A stretch of 63,991 nucleotides of DNA, counting the filler, from Circinaria calcarea (Eukaryota), in assembly GCA_051942165.1 (NCBI GenBank). It is 7 parts of 7 records of this genome, joined end to end, with 100 filler letters (N's around TTAATTAATTAA, not from the genome) between each part and the next. Parts side by side here need not be neighbours in the genome. Positions count along the whole stretch, not along the records: positions 46,391 to 55,542 come from JAVECS010000975.1; positions 55,643 to 63,991 come from JAVECS010001127.1; 5 more parts are not named here. One strand, 5' to 3'. Below the pieces are notes generated by a model that was given only the letters and a program-made list of their open reading frames with translations, searched no databases and was not told the DNA's origin. Each line of letters opens with the position of its first letter. Positions within the stretch are counted from its first letter, which is position 1. The position numbers were made by a program, and so were the translations under genes. This document shows, piece after piece, positions 48,134-59,917 of this stretch.

Positions 48134-48338
48134 TGTAAGGCCGTAGAGTACTTTACTTGAAAAGTACCTAAGGCTAAGGTATGTGGTAATGTGAGGCACG
48201 AGCAATACGATGGCTATACGCAGTATATGCGAGAATTAATCATTATAGGAGAAGAAGTGTGCGAGTGAAAGGTTTTCATTATACGCCAAAACGCCAACTA
48301 AACGAGGTTTCGTCACCCCCTAACCGTAGAGCCTAACA
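48134..48338 (+). mobile_element. Solo LTR (205 bp, TG...CA) with perfect 5-bp TSD TGTAT
   Basis: TGTAT|TGTAAGG...CCTAACA|TGTAT; related copy at 10404-10641. Confidence 0.88.
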
Positions 48339-48343
48339 TGTAT

Positions 48344-48990
48344 ATTAAATGGCTTAATAAAAGCTAGAACTTATCAGAACGAATTACTTTTAAAATATTT
48401 TATTAATTTTATAATATAAAATAAATACGTTGGAATTACTACGAAATCGCCGAAAAAATAATAAAATCTTATTTAAATTCGCGTGTAAGGGCCCCTACGA
48501 ACCCTACGGGTGAACTATACACCGAGGTCATGAGGTGTTGGCTTAGCGAGAAAGGTTTTCTTCGCGAAACGTTACACCAGAATTCTTTAGCAATAATTCA
48601 TACGCTTACGCGAACCCATTGAGCTCATTATCACACAGTTTACCGACCTTTATCGTAAGATCATCATACTATTCGTAGAGGATCCTTACATCGCGTTACA
48701 CACGATTCTTCTATAAAAACACGCCGTTTTTAAGCCCCTGTTATATATATGTATCGCGATTATTAAAATAATCTAAAGAAGCTATTCTCCGGAGCGAATA
48801 AAATAATAATTATTGTCAGAACGAAATTCTTTATTAATATATAAGGGATTTCCTATAGAAGTCAGCGTAAAAAACATGAATTTTCACGTATTAAAAGTTC
48901 GCGATATCTTATACATTCTGTGGATGAAACTCTCAGACTTCTTTTAAAAAAGGGTTATATAATATCGGATCGAAATAACCTTTTTTACGC
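48344..48990. repeat. AT-rich RIP-like transposon relic hosting the solo LTR
   Basis: TpA-rich with stop-riddled frames; the AT-rich texture begins ~47990. Confidence 0.55.
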
Positions 48991-49850
48991 GGAGCTAGTA
49001 CGAAAGAAGTCTGAGGCCTCCGGAGCTTGCGGAGGTGGCACTGAGGCAAGAGAATATAAGTTGTCTTGACGGTTACTAAGCTGCTTCGCTTGCTTTAGGG
49101 CTTTCATAAGCTTAAGAAAGGTTACGGGAGGGCCTCGTCCAAAATTCTCTGTGGATATCAATGTTCCATGATGGGGCGGGAAAACCCTCAATGGGGAAAT
49201 TGCATCCGCGGCTCGTGATTGGTTCTCGGTTTGAATCAACGCCCTCGACTTTCAACAGCCTGAAATAAAGATGGCTACGCTGACCGAGATTAGCCTAGAT
49301 AATGGAACAATCCAATTGGCATAGCTGAAGATGGTGCCCCCAAACCATGATCGTGATCAGGGAACGATTCCCTATTGGTGGGTGATGGTATCTATATCAT
49401 ACCCTTCTTCTAATTTTTAGCGCCCAAGGAATTAAGGGTTGCCTGTCGACTGGTCATGACTGAGGCCAGGCGGTCGAACATGTCGTTCTCTATGGCTGAT
49501 CACTTGGTACGAAGTAGGTGTGCCTGAAGCCTGCAGCATGTGTGACTGAGGCCAGGCTCCAGACCACAAGTTCTGGCCAATAGAGAGCTCCGCAGCACGG
49601 TATTTGAACCAACCAGAGTCTGGGATCGGTGCAATGCGGAGCCTGCGCACTCATTCACTCTGTTACTTATGTAGGCGGTTCCAATGCCTTCCTCCTCTCC
49701 GTTATTCTCTTCGCTTTTCATGGGATTCAGCGCACTCCAAGTTTCCTGTTTCCTTAGTATTAGCTTCTTACCCGTCTCAATAGCTATATAATCGCAGTAC
49801 GAGCGTGATCATCTTACGACGACCTGTATCAATACTCCTGTCTTTTGAAT

Positions 49851-52800
49851 ATGGCACTCCCCTTACCCAGTCGGCTACGACTGTTGTCACTCGGTTTGTT
49901 ACCTCTTGAACGTCTGTTTCATATCAGCTGATCAATAGTAGATGGTGGCGGCGTTCGCGGCTTATCAATTCTGATCATCCTACGCCATTTAATGAGCGGC
50001 CTGAGTAAGAACTATGGGCGAGCTGTTCAACCCTGGGAAGTGTTTGATATGATTGGAGGTACCAGTACGGGAGGGTAATGATTTTGAATCGAGTTACTTG
50101 CATAAGCTTATGAGTGCTACAGACTCATCGCTGTGATGCTTGGCCGCCTCCGAATGTCAATCAAAGACTGCGAGTCGGCATACCTCAAAATCTCAGAAAG
50201 GATATTCCAACCTAAACGAAATGCGCTCAATAAACTCGGCCAAGCAAAAGATTTCTTACAAGCAAACGGAAGATTTGATTACCGATATCTCGAGGCGGCT
50301 ATCAAAGAAGTCTTAGTAGACTATTGTGAAAAGTCTGAAGATGAGCTCTTGAAAGATCCTGATCCACGATGCAAAGTGTAAGTTTTAAACAAGCTTGGGG
50401 TATAACCCTGCGCTAACCACCACGACTCCACAGCTTCGTTTGTGCAACAAGAAAAGGCAACTCTGGGACTGCTATCCTGAGGTCCTACGAGAATGACGAA
50501 CCGGAACTGTTGTATGACGAATGCAAAATTTGGGAGGCGTGCCGAGCAACATCAGCAGCGACGACCTTCTTCGATTCAATCAAGATCGGGCCGTATGGGC
50601 AAGAGTTCGTGGATGGCGCTGTACTCTATAATAATCCTATTGAACTGGTACATAGAGAAGCAGCTTCCACGTGGCCGAATCGAATAAGCGATGCGATACT
50701 CATCAGTGTCGGGACGGGCAGTGCACCCGGACCCACTCTTGACGGCAACATCAAACATATCGTGGAAGCTCTGGCTAAAATCGTTACACAGACTGAACAG
50801 ACAGCAGACAATTTTTATCATGGCCACGAGCGCATGGTAGCCCAAAATTTACTTTACCGATTCAATGTATATCACGGACTCTCTGATATCGGCCTAGAGG
50901 AAAGCCAGGAGAAAGCAAAGATTGCAGATGCAACCCAGACCTATTTAATGAATGGAGAATCCCGTCAGAAAGTAAGGCGCTGCGTAGAGCAGCTCTGCGA
51001 GGTTACCCCTCAAGGCACCGAGCGCAATCATTCTGATTTGGGTGCGTAAGTTACAAGATTACCTGATGACAAGAGAGAGACTGATTAGGCATATCATGTC
51101 CATAGATAGTGATACTGAACAACGTAAAAGATCCAAGCAACGACCCACGCGCTCTCAACAAACCCCGAGGCAGTCATATTTTGAAGTCCCGAACCGCCTC
51201 ACCCGTTCCTTTGTTGGGCGAGAGGACATTCTGGCCAGAATAGACGAAACATTTTCCTCCAGACCAGGCCCATGTATCGCAGTCCTGCAGGGAATGGGTG
51301 GTCAGGGCAAGAGCCAGGTCGCACTCGAATATTGCCGCAGAAAGAGAGACGGCCCATATTCGGCCATATTTTGGGTTGATGCAACGACTGAAGGCACTGT
51401 AATCGGGAGCTTCCAGACCATTTATGAGCACATTGAAGCAGGGAAGCATCATTTACCTAACGCTAAATCAAAAGTCGATTTTGTACTCCATGCATTTGCA
51501 TCTTGGCCTACCAGCTGGCTTATGATATTCGACAACTATGACGATCCTAATGCCTTCTCAAACCTGCTGGACTTTGTTCCTCGAGGCGAGCATGGAGCAA
51601 TACTAGTCACTAGCAGGTATGCAGATTTTCAAGCGCTATTTATTGAGTGCAGCGGAAGCTTCATTGAATTGCCTGGCTTGGAAGAAGATGCAGCCTTGGA
51701 CTTGCTTAAAAAACACAGCCAGACCAAAGATTCAAGCTCCGACGATGCAAGAACCATCGTGAGAAGATTAGTATGCCATCCACTTGCCATCACACAGGCT
51801 GGGGCGTATATCAGAAAGCAGGGTATTCGGCTTAGCGACTTCATGATTCATTATAACGGCCGGAGGGAAAATATCTTAAAGAACACGCCACAGTTCTCGC
51901 AATATAGAAAGAAGTTGAACAACACTGAGGAAGAAACGTCGCTAAACGTATTCACGACTTGGGAGCTTTCGTTTCGACAACTCCAGTCACAACCCAACAG
52001 CAACGGCAATGAGACAAAATTGTTGACCCTTTTTGCATTCTTCGATGAGAAGGATATCTCTGAGCAATTCTTTACAGAATATGAATTCGAAGATATGCCA
52101 GCAGAGCTCGCGAACTTGTCTGAATGGCTCAAAGGCTTCTGTGACGCTGATCACCACTGGGATCATTATGGGTTCCGAAATGCTCTAATCGAGTTAAGGG
52201 ACTTATCCTTGATACAGTCATTCACAGAAGTAGTTGGATTTTGTCATTCATCGTTGCATCCTCTCATTAAGGACTGGATTCAACTGCGGACAGAGATTCC
52301 CACGTCTCAGGAGAATTGCCTAGTGGTGGCGATGCTGCTGAAGAGATTTCTGCTCAATAGCCACAATAATGGGCATTTTGACTTGGCCCCTTCCGCTAAT
52401 CAGGTCATCTTAGCTCATCTTATAGCCCAAGAAGAAAACTATGAAAATCACTTTGTGTGTCAATCCAAACCGCCTGTGAATCAGAAAACTTTCTTGGAGC
52501 ACCTTTTTGGTGCACAATGCCGGTTCGCTGCGTTCTTTAGCGAAAAAGGCTCATATGATAATGCAGCAAAGATTTACCAGCGAGCGAAAACGCACTATGA
52601 AAAAGCCCTTGGGCCAGAGCATCCTGTTACGCGGGTCAGTATGAATAACCTAGCATTGGCATATCAAAGTCAAGGACGGTGGGATGAAGCTGAGAAGCTG
52701 CAAGTGCAAGTCCTTGAAATGAAGACAAGGCTGTTAGGAGCAGAGCATGCTGATACGCTAGGCATTATGAATAACCTAGCATCGACATATCAATATCAAA

Positions 52801-53300
52801 AACGGTGGAAAGAAGCCGAGGAATTGGGGGTGCAAGTTCTAGAAGTGTCTAAGAAAATCCTCGGAGCAGAGCATCCTGATACGCTGGTCAGTATGAATAA
52901 CCTAGTATTGACATATCTACATCAAGTACGGCTGGATAAAGCTGAGGAGCTGCAACTGCAAGTCGTTGAAACGAATAAAAGGCTGTTAAGAACAGAGAAT
53001 CCTGGTGCTATGACCGATATGCACAATCTAGCGTGTATCTATGATTCGCTGGATCGGGAGTTTATGGCGATAGCATTGATGACTGTGGCCGTTCAATGGC
53101 GTGAAAAAAATCTTGGTGCGGATCATCCTGACACAAAAGAATCTACTGGGTTCCTACGCAGGTGGAAGGGAGAAGTAGATGGGGGAGAAGAAGACGAGAG
53201 AGAGGAAGACGAGTACGAGGGAGAAGAAGACGAGGAAGAAGAAGACCAGGGAGAAGAAGACGAGGGAGAAGAAGACGAGGGAGAAGAAGTCGATGACTAG
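49851..53300 (+). CDS. Fungal NLR: patatin-like phospholipase - NB-ARC - TPR, with acidic tail
   Basis: Patatin motifs LSL|DGGGVRG, GGTSTGG, RATSAA, FVDGA..NNP, SVGTG. Intron 51042-51105 joins in frame to FVGRE, Walker A GMGGQGKS, Walker B WLMIFDNYD, HPLAITQAGAYI, LHPLI, then 42-aa LG.EHP.T..SMNNLA TPRs. Confidence 0.92.
53181..53291 (+). repeat. 15-bp coding tandem repeat GGAGAAGAAGACGAG (GEEDE)n
   Basis: Directly visible at the NLR C-terminus. Confidence 0.9.
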
Positions 53301-55209
53301 CACCAGTGTCTCGATCTAAATGGATGCGCCTTTTTGCTAGTTGGACATCCCTTGATATCAGAGTAATAGCCACATGAATCTTGCACTTGGTCAGACGAGG
53401 TGGAAGTGCTTGAGAGCTTGATAGGACAAGTTCGAGGAATTCAGGGGCATGATATTTAAGGACAACGAGGACACAATCATTGCAACAGCTTAAAGATAAG
53501 GAAAAACATAAGATTCAAGTATAGAGTAAAAGGAAAGAAGAATATATAGTTATCGGGATATCTTCCTGCCTCTCCTTTATACTATGTTTGGCACGGCGTC
53601 TGGCTTCACACAGAGAAAATTGTGCTTTCCCTTCGGCCCACGTCACGCTCCCAAGCCGTCGTACCTCACTTCACCTACCTCCCAAGAGCCGAATTTCTAT
53701 ACAGCTATCCAGCCACTGGTTTCGACAGCAACCACAAACAGTAGGCCACGCGAGTTGGTATATAAGGACCCCACTTCGAGTTGTAGAGCGCCTACGTCAC
53801 GTTCTTGCTGGGCGGGAGAGCGGTTAGGAACTGGAGAGCATGAATGAGGTTGGTGAACGCGCTTTGATTGGGGAGCAGGGAAAGAGAAAGGGCCGGAAAC
53901 GGAATGGGTTAGTGTCAAGGCAAACAGAAAGGAACGAAGATGGGGTTGACTTGCATATGCCTTCCTTTGTGTGCTTTGGCTTCAGCGCTGGGGAAGGGGA
54001 GGTATTTGGTCTCTAGGACTGCTTGAAATCATGACATTTTTTGGAATTCGGGTTTCTATCTATTCATGTTAAGGGGTTTATGGCGCTCAAGGGTCTTTTA
54101 CGCAAGGCTATCTTAGCAACTGCCGTGTCTCCTGCTTTACCTTATACCTCTCCGCCTTAATCTACCATCCCTTACTTTCCTCCCTCCTTTCTATAGACTC
54201 CCATACCTCCTCTCCGCCTCCCTAGCGACTTACCCAACCCCCATCCAACCAGCCCTCCCCTGGCCATAGGAAACCTCAACATCCTTCATCCTAAACTTCC
54301 CTTACCTTAGCGCAATATCTCACCATCTCCACCAGTAGAAACCGAGAATCCACCCCGTGACTTATTCAAGAGCTCTAAGAACGATGACTGTCACGTTCTA
54401 GCTTACGCTGGGTATGTTTCGTAGGAGAAATTTGTGATGGATAGGGTGGTAGTTGAAGGTTGTGCGGTTCCTTTTCTGGGCTAGGTTTCGCTAGGCAACA
54501 TATTATTCCGACTCGCCGAGAAGATTTATCATCACGTGACTGGTACCATAGCCCTTCGAGTCCGCTAGTAGATCTAACCGAAAATTTCATTTCAACCTCA
54601 GAGGTTTCCACATCTTCCATAGATATCATCATTACTGTTTCTACTGCTTTTACATTAACGATCGTGACATGTTTACAATGCTTCATGCATTTTCAAAGTC
54701 CTAGGATAGTACCAGATTGCCATGCAGTCTTTCGAGCAAAGATTTTCATTGTCTCGCTGCTCTCGCAAGACCAGACGCCGCATTTGGATCATCTTGCTGC
54801 AATCGATAGGGCTTGGTCAACCATGTGATATCAATAGACTATATTCTTCTTAACATTTTTGGGAATACGATGTTTTATTTTTCCTTTAAGCTAACTTCCT
54901 CACAAAGTCCTCTTGCCGTGAGTTTGTTGTAGTGTAGTAATTCGCCATGCACATCGTAATCAGTGCCATCGCTTTCCTTTGAATGTCTCATTGTCTCTTT
55001 ATATCGCTGGACTCGGTATCAGCAATCATTTTCTTTGTTTAGTGTCAGTGGTATACCAGTAGGAGAACTCCTACATGGCCGAATCCGGAAGTCTGAGAGA
55101 CCGCAAGTCATAAAGAGGGCCTCAACCCTTGAGTTCTTGATTCATCAGTATAGAGTCTATTGTTTGAAAGTAATTCGTATGATTTTTACCGACGATAGAT
55201 AACATAGTA

Positions 55210-55542
55210 ATGCCGAGAGCGAAACTCCTTGCCGACCAGCCACCAGATGAGCTACTCGAATCACTCGGGAAACTTATTCCTGGTTTAACAATTGCTGGTC
55301 CTGTATTGTCAAGTTTCTTCGGCTTCAACATCTTTCGATACCTATACGACACTATTGTCTTAGGCGTTTTCAACTTCTTCACCTCTTCAATCGCGATATC
55401 TGGGAAGGAAGCGCTCCACGACGAAGTGCTTAAATGGTTGAGTAAGAATGTTATTGACGCACCAGGCGTAGTTACAACTGGCGCGCGCAGATTGACAGCT
55501 GCAAAATCCAAAGCTTGGGATCGTTTGGAGTCATCCTCGAAG
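55210..55542 (+). CDS. Probable BCS1-like AAA ATPase N-terminal part, truncated by contig end
   Basis: IPGL...FFGFNI...FFTSSIAISG...LHDEVLKWLS...ARRLTA resembles the BCS1_N region of fungal BCS1 paralogs. Confidence 0.55.
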
Positions 55543-55642
55543 NNNNNNNNNNNNNNNNNNNNNNNNNNNNNNNNNNNNNNNNNNNNTTAATTAATTAANN
55601 NNNNNNNNNNNNNNNNNNNNNNNNNNNNNNNNNNNNNNNNNN
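55543..55642. other. Artificial contig linker
   Basis: N44-TTAATTAATTAA-N44. Confidence 0.98.
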
Positions 55643-56437
55643 AAGGGGGAATGCTACATACCTGGTCTCAGGTTCCCGTTGGCTCTTCCGCAGTATTTTC
55701 TTTCCCGAATCTAGTGCCTTCTCCCAAGCCCCGTCTGTCAGAGTCTTGCGGTGTCTGAATAGACCTTCGGTGAAAGCTAAAACAAGTTTGACGTTCACTC
55801 TAGCAGCCTTAACGTCCCGCCTCTGCTCACTCTTTGATTCTGCCACCATTCTGTGTCTTTGAAGGAAAGCTTAGCCTTGGAAATGGGCAGCCAGAAGGCT
55901 CGTATTTGACTGGTGATCTTTATGTTTCCTACGTAGAGGTAAGGTTGGATTTACTGACATGAACGTTGGACCATGTAAAATTCTCCCACCCATTACATTT
56001 CCTATCACCTCGGCTAATACCGTAATGTTCATCGATTACATCCCGGCGCTAAGCCTTAGGATATTACCTACTCTGTACTTAAGTATAGGAGGACCTTTGA
56101 AATCCAGGGGCACGTGACTGGTAAAAGAAACTCCAAGGGAAAGCTGTGTGCTGCATTTCCCACATGACCATGTTATCTACTGGCTCTCGAGCATAGCTTC
56201 TCCCCGAGCTAGAATACGAGCCTGGCAAGCTCCACGCTGGTCTGATACGATCAGGAAAAGGAATTTACCCCAAAGAACCTGCTGTAAGAACTAAAACTAG
56301 GAGGTTATAAATCCATTAATTATAAATAGGTTTAGGCCTCGTTTTGAATCACGGCAAGTCATCAGCCATCATCAACGGCTAGTATCTCGTCTGAATGCCT
56401 TATCCCCTCCTCCTCCATCCCTGCAGAGCATCGAACC

Positions 56438-58103
56438 TCAAATCCACCCACCTCTCTTCGAAACCCAACTGATACCTTCAAGTGCGGCACTGAGCCCTGT
56501 GAGAACAATCAAAGCTCCGTATTCTGTCCGGGAGCCTGACTTTGTTTTTTCACCAGGCAGCGGAGCGCTGCTCAGTGGAGCTCGACTCAAGGGCCTTGAG
56601 ACCACACTTCCGACACCATGCCCTACTACAAGCAATCCGAATATCATCCCCGGATCTACACTATTCTTGCGCCTTTGGACCGCCTTGACAAGCCCCGTGT
56701 AAGCGGTCGAGAAACCGCCTATGAATAGTCCATACAGCAGGCCGAAGATACACAAAAGCGGCAGTGAAGTAAACGTGCCCCAGACGGGAGGACTGCCACA
56801 GTTGGACTGACAGTGAATATCAAGTTAACCGATGTCACATGCATCTTATCAAGAAGGCTGCCCATTGCTACCGTACCAACGACTAAGGCGGTGTTTGCGA
56901 GTGACACTGTCAACTTTAGTATTATAGTCGAGAAACTTAGTGACTGGGCGGACGTTAGCAAGTAAATATTCGGAATTAAAAAGCGGCACGCTAAAAGGTA
57001 TTTCCTATTTATGGAATCCAAATACTTAATATCCAAAGGAAACCGAAATCGAATCACCTCGATGTCCACGTCATGGAAAGCGGTAATCGAGGCTCACGAA
57101 GTACAAGAGCGGTCCCTGATATGATGACTAAAATGGCAGCCCATGCGCGAAGCATTACTCCGTGGCCATACCTCTCAAAACCCCAATTCATGACGAATGG
57201 GACTATAACGCCACTCATCCTACTGCCGACCCTAGAATAGGTAAATGTACTAAATCTTAGACCTGGTTGTACCCATCACATGCAACCAAAAGCTCTTATG
57301 AACCACTCGTCTAAAAAAAACAATTGTTGGGCTGTATAGTAGAATACCGCCAATAGCATAAAGTACCCCTTGCGCGACGATCAGCTGCCATACTCGAGTA
57401 GAAAATAACGAGGCAATTAAAGCCACAGCCATGCTGTCCAGACCGGTGACTGTCGAATACGGTTGGAATCTAGGCCACCGGTGCAGGATAGCAAACAGGA
57501 TTGGTGAGCTCAAGTATACAATTCCCTGGATGAGTTAGCATCAGGCTGAACCTGACGTTACTTAGACATATGGTGGCCGAAGTTCCTATAGCCGCTATCC
57601 CTGAAGGCACCTCAAACAAAGCTTGTGAGTAATGTAGTGTTCCCGAAACAGACCGAACGAAAATAATCAAGAAGCGTGAGACTAGCAACCTAGATATATC
57701 AAGAACATCGATCCATTCAGAATAAATCCAGCCTTTCTATCAGCTAAGGATGGAGCCAGCAAGGGAGTAGGCTGCTAGGTCGTAGGGTTTTGATGAGACA
57801 TGATTCAGTATGACCATATCTTCGTTCGGCGCAATTTATAAAATCTAGATCAAATGACAACAGGAAACACAAAGATAGATTTCTTACCGCACACGAGTAC
57901 CTCGACGCTGAAGCATGCTGCTAAGGACAGCCAAGCATCTCTACCACTATCAGCCCGGGGCAGCGAGAATTGTTGGCCATGCCACCCTCCTGTCCTGGTT
58001 GACTCCTTCGATCAGTACTTATTTCCCCGGACTCTTTGCAGGCAGAGCTTCTCCAACTTTCGGTAGCATGCAATACAGCGTCGCTGTTTCCTTGCGAGGC
58101 CAT
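56438..58103 (-). pseudogene. MFS monocarboxylate-transporter (MCT-like) pseudogene
   Basis: FSLPRADSGRDAWLSLAACFSVEVLVCG|GTAAGA, GIAAIGT, SPILFAILHRWP, WQLIVAQGVLYAIGG, FGLLYGLFIGGFS, GHGVGSVVS spread over several frames, with frameshifts and deletions. Confidence 0.8.
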
Positions 58104-58366
58104 TGATAGCTTATTGATATTGGAAACTTGAATGATATTGTGAACTTGAATGACAATGTCAACTTATCCAAAATGACTCAACGCTTCACGTCAGAATAGA
58201 TAGAACTAGCGTGCTAGAGGCTCCCACTTAGTATTTCAAAACAACTCATGTCTTTAGCATCATTGCATTTGTATATATCGTTGGATGAGCGTAACATTTT
58301 GGCGATGCGAATCATCGAAGTCGGAATGTTATTTCGAAGACGCTTATCCTGTAAATGACATCTGAC

Positions 58367-59655
58367 TCACAGCAGACCAGAAACTTCCTTTAGATTATCC
58401 AGGAAGCCCAAATCATAGATGTTGTCTACTTCATCAAGTCCTTTCACCCTTTTCCACCGAGGTTGTCGCAAGTCAAGATGCCTTTCTACGCCTTCATGCG
58501 TAAGGTTGATTAATCTCTGCCTCCTAGATATTGGCCAGTCCACGGCCAAGTCGATATCTGTATCAGCTGCGGGTTCTCCACACCCCGTATAGTCTTGGTC
58601 CCTATACACATAGCCGCCGGCGACGTCGTCCTTCCACTCCGCCCATTTAGAGCTCTCATTCGTCGTCATCCCAGCCCAAATCAAATAAACGTGAAAAAGG
58701 AACAATCCGCCGGCGAGGGGCGCTGTCAAAAAAGCCAGCAAACCCACACCCCCAACCGGGAGGTCGTCTATGACGGCGGAAGTCCACTTCTCAAAACACT
58801 GCGACCAAGTTCTACCTACACTCCAATGACTTCTGCCTTGCATTCCATCCGCACGGCGTAGGAGTGTCTCCTGTAGGAGAGTGTCAAGAAGTATATAGGA
58901 GAGCCATGCGCCGTAGCTGAGTAGGGCCGAGAGGCTTAGGAGCAAACCTATAAAGAAGGCATAATTCTCCATCCCAAGACAATTCATCACCCAGACGCAA
59001 TGATGGTCATGCTTAGCAACGCAGGCCTTGCAGATGCTGCAATGCTTGCTCCTCGCAGGCTTGGACAAATGACACGTCCGACAGATTCGACCCGGATGAA
59101 AGAGGACGTGGTCGTAAGGGTACTTCCGGATTTGCTTCTCAACATTCGCAGGGGTGACTAGTGACGCTTTGGACGTGACACACTTGTATGTGAAATAATA
59201 GGGGGCTACTGTAAGCAGAGAGGCTGTAACACGGCGATACAAGCTCAGTCGTGGCCATGCCGAAGGTAGGAACACACACTCGGAGCCAAGCAAGAGGGAA
59301 AGGTAAAAGATCTGCGCTAGGTCAGCAGAAAGCACCCCTCTGAACCCTGAGTTAAGTGCACTAGAACGATGGGATGGTTCTCATTCATAAGATAGTGTCC
59401 CACGCGTTGCAGACAGGAGGTGCATCGACCCCGGGCAAGACGGGCATCGAGCTTCAGGAGCAAGCCTGGGAACGTGACCCAGAGAAGTCGGTTCGCAAGC
59501 CCGATAGGGGTTTTCCTAGGGCTAAATCAGCAACAGCCGGATTCCTTACCGACGAGTGATGGATACCGAAAAGCAGGGAGACGCCCGAATAATGCAACAA
59601 AAGTGATGGATGATAACATCAACACTGCTACGATGACTTTCCTGACCAAGCCCAT
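58367..59655 (-). CDS. SWF1: DHHC palmitoyltransferase
   Basis: MGLVRKV..FVALFGRLPAFR, YPYD..LF.PG..CRTC...KPARSKHCSIC..CV.KHDHHCVW.MNC, GMTTNES.KW, NIYDLGF; two introns. Confidence 0.93.
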
Positions 59656-59917
59656 CTTCAGTCGGCAACGTAGCGGATCGTCAACCACTGTTCCGCCATC
59701 TCGAGAGGACAGAGCTGCATCTGCATGTTTTGGCTCCGCCGAGTCCGAAGTTACACCAACACAACCGAGCGGAAATTGGCATAGAATAGGGCTGACCGCC
59801 CCGCGTATCTATCTTTTTTCGTCGCGTCCTTGATTGAGGGCAAACTGATACTGATACCTGACATGTCCTGATATTCATCACTCAGCTGCCCAACAAGCCT
59901 GCCCTCGAATTGAACAC

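Noticed and set aside
9185..55642. Regularly spaced TTAATTAATTAA palindromes about every 9.27 kb
   Set aside because: Synthetic six-frame-stop linkers embedded in Ns.
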